Part shown: one piece after another, positions 23,922 to 36,154 of the stretch
Numbering within the stretch: the first letter of the stretch is position 1
Layout of the letters: each line of letters begins with the position of its first letter
Assembly (NCBI RefSeq): GCF_011745625.1
Contig: NW_027191462.1
Span: 372,001-436,000 of the forward strand
DNA: 64,000 nt
Direction of reading: 5' to 3'
From: Cladosporium halotolerans
Lineage: Eukaryota
Made by a program: the position numbers and the translations under genes
The notes under the pieces: model-generated
Told to the model about the DNA's origin: nothing
Database searches by the model: none
The model's input: the letters and a program-made list of their open reading frames with translations, nothing else

Positions 23922-24884
23922 ATGCCCATTGTCGCCATAGCAGGCGGCACGTCGCCCACCCTCGGCCGCAGCATCGTGCGCGCGATCCAGTCGACCTCGA
24001 ACGTCAACACTCCCATCATCCTGACCCGGCACTCGGATTCGGCACCCAAGACGAAATGGAACGCAGCCGTCCGGCAAGTCAACTACGAAAACCACGTCTC
24101 TCTCGTGGCTGCCCTGCATGGCGTACACACAGTCATCTCCGTCATCAAAGTAGAGGGCCCGCAATGGTACGATTTCCAACTGAATCTGCTACGAGCGGCG
24201 AAAGAAGCCGGCGTGAAGCGATTCGCACCGTCCGAATTCGGTCTTGGGCCGTTGGCGGATGAGCGCGTGGGTTTGCTTGCGTTGAAGGGCGACGTGTGGG
24301 ATGCCTGTCAAGAAAGCGGCTTGGAAGTCGCACGGTTCAACTGCGGCATTTTCATGAATTATTTATCGATGGGCTGTAATTTCGGCGGCGACGAGGAAAG
24401 AGTGCAAGAGGCGCTCGCGGGCCTGAATGACGTGGAAGTCATCTGGGATCTGGCCGGAGACAAGGCTGAGGAGCCGTTGAAGTGCGATGGGAGCAGTCCA
24501 CGCATCACGCTGACCGACATCTGGGACGTTGGCAAGTTCGTTGCGGGGGCATGCGAATTGGAGCTGGGACAATGGTCGGGCGAAATGGAGATGGAGGGAG
24601 AGACCATCGAAGTGTGCAAAGCCACAGAGTTGCTTGAAAAATACTCCGGCCGTAAGCTGAAGGTGACGAAGGTCAGGCGAAAGGAACTGCAAGCGAAAGC
24701 AGAAGCAATCGATGGCATGCGCATCCGCAAACAGGTCCTGAATAAGATGATCGCGCAGTTCCTCATGCTGGAGATCGATGAAGAGGTCGGTGGAGCGCTC
24801 ATGGAGCCAACGATGAACAAATTGTGCCCATGGGTGAGGGCGAAAAGCGTGGAAGAGTATCTCCAACGATGCTGGAGGAAGTGA
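23922..24884 (+). CDS. NmrA-like / isoflavone-reductase-like atypical SDR
   Basis: VAIAGGTSPTLGRSIV, ALHGVHTVIS, NLLRAAKEAGVKRFAPSEFG, CGIFMNY, DVGKFVA. Confidence 0.88.
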   Translation: MPIVAIAGGTSPTLGRSIVRAIQSTSNVNTPIILTRHSDSAPKTKWNAAVRQVNYENHVSLVAALHGVHTVISVIKVEGPQWYDFQLNLLRAAKEAGVKRFAPSEFGLGPLADERVGLLALKGDVWDACQESGLEVARFNCGIFMNYLSMGCNFGGDEERVQEALAGLNDVEVIWDLAGDKAEEPLKCDGSSPRITLTDIWDVGKFVAGACELELGQWSGEMEMEGETIEVCKATELLEKYSGRKLKVTKVRRKELQAKAEAIDGMRIRKQVLNKMIAQFLMLEIDEEVGGALMEPTMNKLCPWVRAKSVEEYLQRCWRK

Positions 24885-25264
24885 GAAAGAGGGTTGAAGC
24901 TTACTTCTTATGACCGGAGCTCCATGCCTGCTTCGCTGTGAGAAGCGAAATGCGGCCTTGTTTGTTGACGTTTTCATTGGCGTCTAAGATGGGCTCGATT
25001 GCTGACAGGGGAACTTCTTCTAACTTCGCGTGCTATATCGAACGGCAATTTGCGTTCAGTCGTCCTACCATGCTGTGCAAATTCGTTGCAGTGAGGCCTT
25101 GCCTACAAGTTTCCTCGCGAAGACGTATGAAGTGCGACCAATTTTTGATGCCCGATCACCTTAGCTTGTTCATTGTGTAGGTGAATCTGACAGTCATGAT
25201 AAGTAGTGGATCAAGAATGATCGAACATCAAAAGTACCATTAGGTCTATCCCTTTATGAAGTTC

Positions 25265-28200
25265 CTACCGCTCATGATCTACAAGTGTGCTGGAATCCAG
25301 CAGGTCTTCCAATAGACTCCTGCGATACAAAGCTGGGTGTGATCTCTCCATTCCGTAAGTATGCTCGTAAGCGTTGATGCTGAGTTGGCTCAGGAAAGGT
25401 CGCATGACTGACTTTGCGAAGTCCTCAGGCGCCATAGCCTTGACATCTTCTTTGTCGTAGCTCAGGTCTGAGCCAAACAGAGTTCTGGATCGCCCTGACG
25501 ACGTCGCCTGCGACGGAGAGACCGTTGCAGGCAGAGCGTCTTCCCCGCCCTCCAAGCTTAGGTGCTCTGCGAGCTGGTCGGCGAGTGCTGTCGGTGTCCA
25601 CCCTGGCGGATGATAGACCGCGTCGGTGGTGTCAGTGATGTACAACCATTCGTGCAGCTGAAATTCGTCTGGTTCCAAGGCTACCAGCAGGTCGAGAAGC
25701 TTGCCTGCTTGTAGTAACGCGAGGTTCGCAAAAGTAGCGCCGTGCCCGTTGCCGGGGGCCAAGTCTGCCAATGCAGCCTGTAGCTGCTCGTTCAACAGAG
25801 GCCACAGTGGCGCGAAGTTGACGGGACTCGTTGATAAGGCCAAAGCACGACACAGCATGAACAACTCGGCTTTGACTGTTGATGATGGCGAAGACGTCAT
25901 GCTCGCATCGAACAGCTCCACAAGCTTCTCCTCCATTTGCTGCATGTGCGCAACATAGCTATCAGTTGGCGACGCGAGGAGAAGAAGACACAAGCGTCGT
26001 AGGATGAACTGAGTCTCGCTGTCGGCTTTCAACCTTGCAGCAGCAGCGCCAACGCCGAACATGATTCCTGCGCTTGAAGGAGGCTGAAGTCTGGACAACA
26101 GATCGTTGACACGTTCCTTGTCGCCTTGAGACCACTGTTGCAGAACCGGGAACCAATAGGCCTCAGTAAGGTCGGGAGACGATTCGAGGAAGCGTGGGTC
26201 GTTGAAAGCATCGAGTACGTCCCGCCTCCAAGTCTTCGCAGTAGGGGCTTTCCTCGTCATTCGGGTGAGCAGACCCAGCAGATCTGGCGTGACCGTGCTA
26301 GGAAAACCCTTTGCGTGAAAGGCGGGCGAAATGAGACTTGTCGAGATGGTATTGATGACGTTTGTGATCCGATCGACAGAATCTTGTATGCTTTCGATCT
26401 TAGCCACGATGTGTTTGAGTATGACGACGATGTCCATATTGCGTCGTCCGACAGCAAGATCGGTCTCTTTAGAATCCTCAGCATGTTGGACATTGTTGTC
26501 GAGGTAAGAGCTGAAGGGAGATGCTGCAAACGTCGCTAGCAAGAGTCGTGAGAAATGATCTCCAAGCTCTTTTCGCATCTTACGCTGATCGCCGAAGTTG
26601 GTGTTGTCCAGCTTTTCGGCAAGAATGAGTGTAACCCAGAGCAGTGAGGGTAGAATCTGCCGGAAAGGTAGAGGATTCGACAGCACATCTCGCATGAATG
26701 CAGTGCAGTCGGGCCAGACTTCGTCAGTCGCATCGTCTTCGACGGTCTCGAGGTAAGCGGTGAAGAAAGCAACGACATCGGCAGCCGACAAGTCAGAGGT
26801 CAGACTCGATTGGCGCGAGGGTGACATGTGATTTGACTGTGTTCGACTGCACAGGGCATCGAGGACGGCCGGTACGACGCTCTTCGGTCGTGATACTCCA
26901 AGCACGTGCAGAAGACTAAGCACAGCGTTGCTTTCGGAGGAGTTTGGCGCTTGAGACCACATGGCCATAACGACTTCCAGGCTTTCCAAGGGCTCCACAG
27001 CGAAGATCTGCTCAAGCATAGATCGCGTTCTATTGCGCATGCGATGGGTGTAGTAGGAAGTGGTCGCCGCGTTGTAGCGATCGCTGATCTCATTCTCCGG
27101 GCCACCTGCAGACCACATCCACATCGTGACGCAAATCCGGATAGCATCCTGAAAAGCGAGGATTACAGTCAACCGACTGTTCGCCTTGGCGGTCTTGCTA
27201 GGAGGAGGTGCCTGCGATTTGAACGTGTTTGATGCCATTGATCCTAAAACGCTTTGAGACGTTTCAGAGGCCTTACGCTGGGGCTGCTCGTCCTCGACCG
27301 CTATCCGATCGTGGGCTTCAGCGAGCAATATGTTCAGACCTTCCAGAAGCTTGAGGATAGTGTTGTCTGGCGAGAATGCTTGGTTGTCTGAAGCCTTTCC
27401 AGAAATGTCACGAATATCCTCAAAGGATTTACGCAGCTGTTCGCAAAAGGTGTCGACCAGTGGAATCAAGTTTGTCAAGAGCATTTCGCCAAAGAATGGC
27501 AAACTTGCGGCAAGAAAATCGAGCCAGGCATCCATATTTTGTCGAGAAGACGATGAAGCAAACCCCTCGCGAATGGTATCGAGTAGCTGCGGAGGCACTT
27601 TACTTGCATCTTTCTCTCGCGGAACAATTGCTTCGTCGCGCGGAGCGCTTGACCTTCTGCCTGATTGAAGGGAAAATTTCCGTCGACTATTGCCATGACC
27701 AGTCTCTTGGCTTTGCAGCTGGCGAAGGCTGATGGCGGATATGGCCAAGTCTAAGAGCGAATTGTGCGCTGGCATATGAGGAGTAGAGGTTTCCGGAGAC
27801 GATAGCGAGGCCCTGATCTTGCCGAGTAGTAGGTCTTCTAGTTGCAGCGTCTTTAATCCAAGCTTGATAGGATAAGGCGCCGAGAGAAGACAGCGGAGAA
27901 TAGCGAGTCCGTGATCATTTGACGAAGAGCTGGTCTCTTGGCTTCCCAGCAGCTGTACACATTGGTTGACGAGCCAAGTGACGGCGTCGCCATCACTAGA
28001 GCCCGGAAGACCGGTCAGAGTCATACCACCGAGGCCTTCCCACATTACCTCGTCATCCAACCTTAAGACCGCAAGCACGTGACCGAAGAGATAGTCCAAT
28101 TCTCTGCAGCGCTGTCTTTGATCGCGCTCGGCTGTCCTGCAATCAGGCTGAATCGGCCTTTCCTTGTCGTTAAGGAGGATCGTTAATCTGCCGAAAAGTA

Positions 28201-30803
28201 TCTGAAAGACTAGGCCGATGCTACTAGGGTTGGCGAGGAGGTTGATGACAATGCCACGCGCGGCGACCTCCGGCGCACTCATGATATCCAAGACAAGAAG
28301 CAGCGGGCCAGACAATATGTCTTGACGACGTGGCCAGAAGTCAGCGTCTGTCATCGTCATCGCACTTCCACGACGAGACAGGTTTCGGCTGTCCTGCTTT
28401 GGGCCAGACTGATGGAGTGGCAGAGTGTGTGTCCATAATGTAGTGAATCGCCAGATGTTCTCTAGGCGTTGGACATTGCTGAGCGACGTACTTGACGATG
28501 ATATCTGCATGAGCTCATTGAGTCCGGCTTTGATGGTATCTTGGGGCTTCGTGAGTTCGTCAAGCTGCCACACCAGTCTGACTGCTTCGACATGGTGTTT
28601 TGTCCTCGTAGGTGACAAATATTGCCACAACTGGTCCAAAAGTGCAAGTTCAAGAGACTGCGCTGCTTGTTGATTGCTCCGCTCTCCATGCGCCGACAAT
28701 GCAGAAAGCAACGAGATGATAGAGCTGATGGTCGGAAAGGGCATGTTGCGCTCCGCAAGAACGTTCGACTTCGAACAGAGTTCTCTCCTCAGCTCCTGTG
28801 CTGGGAATGAGGAAGAATTTGGCACCTTGGCAAGTAGGCCTGTTGCAATGTGCACGGCCTTCGAGAAGGCATCGGATTGCTCGCTGATGAGCTTCGCCAG
28901 TGATTGAAAGCTCTTATTTACGAGAACATCCCCCAGATCCGATGATGATGGCAGATTCGGGTTCACATCAGCGTCCGGGTTTTCGTAGTAATCCCGCACC
29001 ACGCGTCGTATGTCTAACGCAACATTGCTTGCGTTAGAAATTCCTCGAGTCTCGGAGGAGGATGGCGCAAATGCCCTCGCAGGGACATGATCGATCAGGA
29101 TCATGGCACAATCTGCCAAATCAGAGAGGCTCTCGAGCGTTGTCTTGTTTGCGTGGTTGATTGCGTCCAGCAAATATCCTGCGACTAGCGGAATGTGCAG
29201 CGTAATCATCTCTTCCTCTCTTACGTTGAAGTTTTGGAGGATCCACCGCAAGAACGGTATGCTGCTTTCGGACCTTTGATGCTTTTCAGTAGCATCTCGA
29301 ATGAGTTTGAAGAGCTCGCTCCAGATGAGTCTACTCTCCGTACCGTCGAAGAACAAGCTTGCACTTTTGATGGCTTCGGCTGATTCTTCACGAGTAGCAT
29401 TCTTGCTGTATGCGTACACACTCCTGATGGCAGGTAAGAACAGCCTTGGGACGAGAACCCCGCCAATCTCCCAGCGATCCATTAATGAGAGGCAGATTCG
29501 GAATGGTTGAGACATTCCGCCCGTGCGAGCATCACTGTGCTCTAGCATCCGCAATAGGCATCTCTCGACAGACGATTGTCCATGCTTCCTGAAATGTCGA
29601 AGTTGCCGTGAATCATCGGCAGCAAAAGGCTCGCCGCGTTCAGCCACCGGTGAGCCACTAGCCTGCTCTTTCGACTCAGGTCCCAGCAGCCAAGACCACA
29701 CTCGTCGATTCAGGCTCATGTCTCGCCTCAGAAGTACACCGAGAGCTGCTGTAGTGAGCCTATCAAAGTCCGATTCACCAACGCGCTCTTGCAGTACAGG
29801 CGAGCTTAGAGGCAAATGAGTTACTAGCAAGTCGAGAAAACCTCTTTGGATGAGCGGTTGCAAGTCAGACAAGCCACAAGCAAAACAACGGATCAAGAGA
29901 CCAGACTCTGGCGTGAGGGCAGCTTCAGCAGCCGGTGACAGGTTGGCCGTACGATTGCCATTCTCAGCTTGCAGAGCTACAGTGCTGCCGAAACTGGGAA
30001 GATGGCGTGCGAGATAGTTCAAAGCACCTTGGCGTCTCGACGGGCTTGTGATGACTGCAAGGAACAAACACTGCCAGAAATAGCCTCCGCTCTCTTGGGA
30101 CTGAGTCGCATCGTCTTGCCGAGACGCGAATGTGTGCTCAAGCTTGGAAAAAATTGAAAGAGCTTGCTCAAAATCTTCACTTGTTTCGTCTTCCAATGCA
30201 GGCAAAATGCTGAGAACCAGTGATTTCAGAATTGGGCGAAGGTTGGCCGGGTCTAGGCGCACGACGTAATTTTCCAAGAGATCATAGAGCCCAGGCCTCG
30301 TGGAAAGAGACGCGAACGACAGTACGCCTGCAAGACCTGGCAAGAAGTCGTGTAGATGCCTGGACAGGTAGTCCTTCCCAAAAGTCGCGAATATGTAGGA
30401 ATACACTTCAAGTGCTTTCTGATGCACACCGGATGGTAACGCGGGATTCAGACATTGCGCGAGCTTGGAGGCGACTCCGGCACTGTTAGGCAATGTCGAA
30501 GGATCCTTTCCGTGACTCTGAATAGCTTTCAGTAGTCTGCTAAGAAAGGCAATGTAGTCGGCCCATTCTTCGGGTGCTGTTTCCCAGGTGCCGAGAGTGC
30601 GATCTATTATTGCAGCATACCGCCGCGTGTTCTTGTCGTCCTTGATTAGCGCTGCGACAGTCAGCCCACTGCCTGACACATATGCTATCGGCCAAGCCCA
30701 TACCGTCTTCTGCTGTTTGGCGCGCTATACGCGGAACAGGCGATGATGTACGCGACCCTGGCGGCGAGACTGAACGCCTGCCACCCAGTGAGCCGAAGTT
30801 CAT
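25265..30803 (-). CDS. DOP1: Dopey family protein (DopA/Dop1), Golgi-endosome trafficking; 1 intron near the 5' end
   Basis: EWADYIAFLSRLLKA, KLAQCLNPALPSGVHQKALEVY, LRRDMSLNRRVWSWLLG, FQLHEWLYITDT; ATG 30803, intron ~30652-30703 gives AED|ALIKDDK. Confidence 0.95.
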
Positions 30804-31086
30804 TGTAATTATTCGCTCTTGTCGCACCTCCGCCTGGAGGACGTGGACTTTCAACGCATTTCTTGCTACGCTTTTGTGTGACTGGAAGGTTTTATGAAAA
30901 GGAAGGCAGCCTATAGGCAACACCTTGCTTGATCCGCGCGTTGGCTGGCCTTGTCACGACGCGGACTTGGCGCGCGACTGCTTGTCTGCACGTCACTTCT
31001 GGGACACCACCGTCACGACGTCGAAGTCAAGCATCACGAGCACATCTTCTGCTTGCACAGATCTTCAATGCAGCTCTCGTCAGCAA

Positions 31087-33090
31087 ATGTCAGGTCATGA
31101 CAGCTTCGACAGCGCTACACGCAGGGACCGACAGGATGATCATTCGCCACCCGACATGGCGAATCCCGGTTCTGAAGACGACACACCTACGATAAAGATG
31201 GATGAGCCCGAAAGCCGTGCCGATGGCGATGGTGTCTCTGGCTTGGAACAATCAAGGGAAATGACACCGCCGCCCTTGCCACCGCGGCCGACAACTGCGA
31301 ATCTCGGTCTTCTAGATGACCGCCCAACGACGGCTGACATGGGCAGTCTAAAACTGCCAAAACGGACATCAAGGCCACATCTGCAATCGCAGGCCACCAC
31401 TGCTCTATCTCTTACAGACATACAGATACAGAGCAGAGGCGAAAGTGCAAGCATAAACTCTTCGCCAGTCAGCCGCGACCCGTCCCAAAAGCGCAGCATC
31501 TCCCGTTTTGGTCGCTTTGTGAACAGCAGCGAGGACGATTCTGCTAGCACGAGAAGCTATGCACCTACACTTGACGTGCCCTATGACAATGTCAGCATGC
31601 TAGGAGATGAGCCATCTCCAGCGTGGAAAGCATTGAATTCACAGCTCGACATTGATGAATCTCTCCAATTGGACGAGGCCTTCGAGGACCCTCTCAGCGA
31701 GCGCATTACTCTCGAATTTGACGATCTTGAAGTTAGAGCAGGCAATGGCTCGAATGAGACTGTTTTGCTCGACCAGTGGAGCGCCAAGCTGAAGCATTTC
31801 TTCGTTCTGTCAGCTTCAGGCAAACCCGTTTACAGCCGCCATGGCGACGATCACCTTGTCAGTCACTATGTCGGCGTCGCCCAAACACTGATTTCATTTT
31901 ATCAAGGCGCGAATGATCCTCTCAAAACTTTCACAGCCGGCGACACACGCTTTGTCATGCTGGCGAAAGGCCCTCTCAACCTGGTAGCCGTCAGCAAAAT
32001 CGGTGAAAGCGAAGCGCAGCTGCGAAACCAACTGGAGTCGCTTTACATGCAGGTTCTGTCGACTTTGTCATTACCGAGCCTGGAGAAGATATTCTCAAAC
32101 AGACCGTCCACTGATCTCCGACGGCCATTGCAGGGAACTGATGTGCTGCTTGATGGTCTATCTGATGGCTTCACGCGCGGATCACCCTCGACGCTTCTCT
32201 CATCTCTCGAGTGCTTGCGACTTCGAAAAACACATCGCCGAATAATCAACGACAGTCTTCTGAAGGTTCGCTCTCCTGATCTTCTCTATGGCTTGATTGT
32301 CGCTGCTGGCCGTCTTGTCAGCGTTGTCCGGCCAAAGAAGCACTCATTGCACCCAGGCGACCTGCATCTTATTTTCAACATGCTCTTCGAAGCTGGCAGC
32401 GTGAAAGCCGGAGGTGGAGAGAACTGGATACCCCTGTGTTTGCCCGGCTTTAACAACACCGGGTTTCTCTACATGTACGTCAGCTTCTTGTCGCCAGCCG
32501 AGGCTGCTGCCGTGGCATCTTCGCCCGTTACTGCCGAGAGACCAAGAACTGCGTCAGACACCGAGCACACTCCTAGTTCGGATGACCTTGCTATCGTTTT
32601 CATCTCACCGAACAAAGATGCCTTCTACAGTCTGCGATCCATGCGTGACTCCCTCATCACGTCTTTGGCTCAATCAAAAATGCTAGCCGCTCTTGCTGCC
32701 GCCATGGACGCAGGCCGGGCCCCGTGCTCCAGTATACTACCTGGCGGCACACCACTCAAGCATTTTCTCTACAAGTCTCGCGGGAATGTTCAGTTCACCA
32801 TGCCCTCGTTTGAGCCGCATTTCGCCGGCCCAATCGCGCGGCGGAAGCTCATGACTCTCTACGCCCATCTTCACGAAGTAGTGCATGTGCGTAATAGCCA
32901 CCTAAAGGTGCTGCACGCCGTGTCGCGGGAAGCGACGGCGCTGGCGTGGGTCACGCCAGTGTTTGAGCTGTATTGCGTCGCCGGTCCGGGAGTGGCAAGG
33001 CAAACGGTCACGCAGGCTGCCAATAAAGTCGTGCAGTGGATACGGAAGGAAGAGGAAAGAGTGTTTATTATCGGTGGAGCAGTGTTTTGA
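31087..33090 (+). CDS. MON1: Vacuolar fusion protein Mon1 (Mon1-Ccz1 Rab7/Ypt7 GEF subunit)
   Basis: KHFFVLSASGKPVYSRHGD, DLRRPLQGT, RPKKHSLHPGDL, ENWIPLCLPGFN..GFLYMYV, HFLYKSR, EERVFIIGGAVF. Start may be 31087 or 31156. Confidence 0.95.
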   Translation: MSGHDSFDSATRRDRQDDHSPPDMANPGSEDDTPTIKMDEPESRADGDGVSGLEQSREMTPPPLPPRPTTANLGLLDDRPTTADMGSLKLPKRTSRPHLQSQATTALSLTDIQIQSRGESASINSSPVSRDPSQKRSISRFGRFVNSSEDDSASTRSYAPTLDVPYDNVSMLGDEPSPAWKALNSQLDIDESLQLDEAFEDPLSERITLEFDDLEVRAGNGSNETVLLDQWSAKLKHFFVLSASGKPVYSRHGDDHLVSHYVGVAQTLISFYQGANDPLKTFTAGDTRFVMLAKGPLNLVAVSKIGESEAQLRNQLESLYMQVLSTLSLPSLEKIFSNRPSTDLRRPLQGTDVLLDGLSDGFTRGSPSTLLSSLECLRLRKTHRRIINDSLLKVRSPDLLYGLIVAAGRLVSVVRPKKHSLHPGDLHLIFNMLFEAGSVKAGGGENWIPLCLPGFNNTGFLYMYVSFLSPAEAAAVASSPVTAERPRTASDTEHTPSSDDLAIVFISPNKDAFYSLRSMRDSLITSLAQSKMLAALAAAMDAGRAPCSSILPGGTPLKHFLYKSRGNVQFTMPSFEPHFAGPIARRKLMTLYAHLHEVVHVRNSHLKVLHAVSREATALAWVTPVFELYCVAGPGVARQTVTQAANKVVQWIRKEEERVFIIGGAVF

Positions 33091-33634
33091 GCGCTCCGAT
33101 ATGGAGACCCTGATTGTAATTGACACACGTAAATGTTTACTCTAAGTGTAAGGTATCAATCCTCTAGGCATACAAACCACCAGCCGCTATGCCGAAGCGA
33201 TCTGATGACCCTCCTAATCGGAGATGGTTGCCTCGAGTTAAATTTGCCAAGTCAGAGTGGAGTGACACTGTGTAATAATATGGAGCTTCAACAGGATTAT
33301 TGGTGAGGTGTCCTGTGACGAGATGACAGGTGGGATGTACATGCCTTCGGTTGCACGTACGACGCTAGCGGAGCTGGAAGAAAGTCAAAAAAGAGCCCAG
33401 CTAGAATCCTGCGGGCAAGCCCTCCGCTGCAGACGCAGAGCTTTGCTCTCACAGGCGCGCACACTCGGCGTATTTCTCTCGACATCTCCCCGCTCACAAA
33501 CCTTTTCCGCAACCCAAACAAATTTGCTATCTTTCTTTCGCAGTGATCAATCTCATCGCTCATCTTGCAAATTGTACGACCACATTGCAAGAACACACAC
33601 AAGCGTACACACTGCACCGTCCCACATAGCAGCA

Positions 33635-34749
33635 ATGGCTGAGCCTGAGACCACCGTCATGCTCGACCAGGCCCAGGTCGACGCTGCCGAGGCCGCACAG
33701 GTCGCCCAAGAGAACGGCGGCGCCGACATGGAGAACGAGTACATTGGCCGTCGGCCCTCATCGTCTGGTCGTGAGACCAAGCGATACCGTAAGTGTCGCC
33801 TGCCTTCCCTTCCATGCATGTCCGCCAGCCTCTCTACAGCCTAGAGCGGGCAGGTGCATTCACCGCGCAGCCTTCTTCAATCATACCCAACCCAACCTCT
33901 CTTTCTGCTGCGCAACCAGCACGATTGAAAAAAAGATTCTTTCTTTCGCAGTCACCTTTCAACAAGGTCTTTGCAATGGCTGACCTCGCACTTTCTGTCG
34001 CTCCAGGCACCCAGACCCAGTCTCTTCCTCCTCCCACTCTCCCGCAGCTCGTCTCCGAGCAGCATGTCCCGATCCCGCAAAATGACAAGGACACCAAGCG
34101 CCTGATCGTCGTGCTCTCGAACGCCAGCCTGGAGACGTATAAGGCCGCGCACGGCGGCAGGAATGGCATGAAGGATGACAAGTACTCGCTGCTCAACAGC
34201 GACGAGCACATTGGTGTCATGCGCAAGATGAACCGCGACATCTCGGACGCTCGTCCCGATATCACACACCAGTGCCTCTTGACTCTGCTCGACTCGCCCA
34301 TCAACAAGGCCGGCCGCCTGCAGATCTACATCCACACCGCCAAGGGCGTCCTCATCGAGGTCTCGCCCACGGTCCGCATTCCCCGTACTTTCAAGCGTTT
34401 CGCCGGTCTCATGGTTCAGCTGCTGCACAAACTCTCCATTCGCTCCACCACCTCGCAGGAGAAGCTGCTCAAGGTCATCAAGAACCCGATCACCGACCAC
34501 CTGCCTCCCAACTGCCGCAAGGTCACGCTCTCTTTCGACGCTCCTGTCGTGAGAGTCCGCGATTACGTTGCCGACCTCGGTCCCAAGGAGAGCATCTGTG
34601 TCTTCGTCGGTGCCATGGCCAAGGGTAGCGACAACTTCGCCGACCAGTACAAGGACGACTCGATCAGTATTAGCAACTTCTCGCTCAGTGCCAGTGTCGC
34701 CTGCAGCAAGTTCTGCCACGCTGCCGAGGACATTTGGGATGTGATTTAA
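33635..34749 (+). CDS. EMG1: 18S rRNA pseudouridine N1-methyltransferase Nep1/Emg1 (SPOUT); intron 33789-34006
   Basis: [78 protein letters not shown]. Confidence 0.96.
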
Positions 34750-35138
34750 GTGGTCTACGTTTCATGAGCAACGAATGGATTTAACCGGTGTAGCGCTGGG
34801 GTTTTGGTGCTACGGCCTGTTTAAAAAGAGAAAGCAAAAGAAAAGAAAAAAAGTCAAGAAAGCAGGGCAAGAATCAGGGTGACGGCCATCAGAAGAGAAG
34901 GTATTTGTTTCGCGCGAGCCGGCTGCACATTTGGAAGCTTTGCCTATCTTGCCACATCGCCCTCAGCTTCACTAGGAGAGCTATTGAGTATTGATCTACG
35001 ATGGACATGTGTACGCCTTGTCATGTTTGCACGGAAACATCCGAGACAGCGCTCCGCACTGGCAGACCTAGTGTAACACCACAAAAGTAAATGAAAAAAA
35101 CAGTTTAATCTCCTATTTTCCCATTCACAACGTTGTCA

Positions 35139-35665
35139 TCACTGGGCCTCCGGCTCCGACCGTACACTGCCTGTGAACCTCCTACTGGGATCTACATCCT
35201 TGATCTTCTCCAAAAACCCTGCACGACGCATGCAATATCTATGTCAGGATCGTCAGTCTCGTGAGCAACTCCTGACCGCCGAAAGACACCCCGTCAACCA
35301 CGACAGACTCACTGCTCAGTATCCGGCCGCCACTGGTCGAAATCATCCAGCGTGCCCGCCGCAACTCCAACCACAGTGTCAAGCACATCAGGAAACGCAA
35401 ACAGCATGCTCCCGCACTCGCCGCAGAAGTTGCGCATCAGCGGCTTGCCGCTGTCCGTCGACGTGTCCTTGTACGCCTTCAGCACGTCGCGCCCCTGCGT
35501 GATCTCCAGATCCGACCGCCGCCGGATCGTGGACGACATCGCCACGGTGCCCGTCGCTTTCTGGCACGGCACGCAGTGGCAGAAGGTGTCGTACAGGGAC
35601 GTGCCTGAGACGCGGTAGCGCACGCGGCCGCAGAGGCAGCCGCCCCAGCGGGCTGGCGGTGACAT
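35139..35665 (-). CDS. GFA / Mss4-like zinc-binding protein (CENP-V family); 1 intron
   Basis: GGCLCGRVRY, CHCVPCQK, RNFCGECGS; spliced tail PDTEQ|YCMRRAGFL ending at TGA 35139-35141. Confidence 0.88.
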
Positions 35666-36122
35666 GGATGCGGTGCTTTGCTTTTTTTGCGGTGGCGGGT
35701 TCTCGGGTTATTAGAGCGTGAATGACAATTGATGAGCTTTGGTAATTCGGGTCGCGATTACTATTCTACCCTACGTGTTACGGGCATGAGGCCCGCGTCG
35801 TCCATCGCGGGTGTGTTGACCGCGATTCGCGCGGTCGTGGTGGATGTGGGACCCCTCCAAGGGTCCAGGCGTCGGTGAGGGAGGGCTGCCTGCGGTGGGC
35901 TGCCGGGTGAAGGGTGAAGTCTGCCATTATTGCGAGGCGAGGCAATCTCAGGTATACCTGACTGAGAGTATGCTGCACGTGGTATCTTGAAACCGCTACC
36001 TGAGCAACGAGGCGGCTCCAGATCCACCAATGTAAGCACCCTGATGTTAAGGCGTCACGTTATGCTCTGCGACACGTGACTGACGGGCAGCAGAGCCCCG
36101 TCTTCACACGCCAGCGCAGCTG

Positions 36123-36154
36123 CAAGCCATCAAGCCGTCAAGCCATCAAGCCAT
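36123..36154. repeat. Tandem 8-bp repeat (CAAGCCRT)x4 in an intergenic region
   Basis: caagccat caagccgt caagccat caagccat. Confidence 0.8.
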
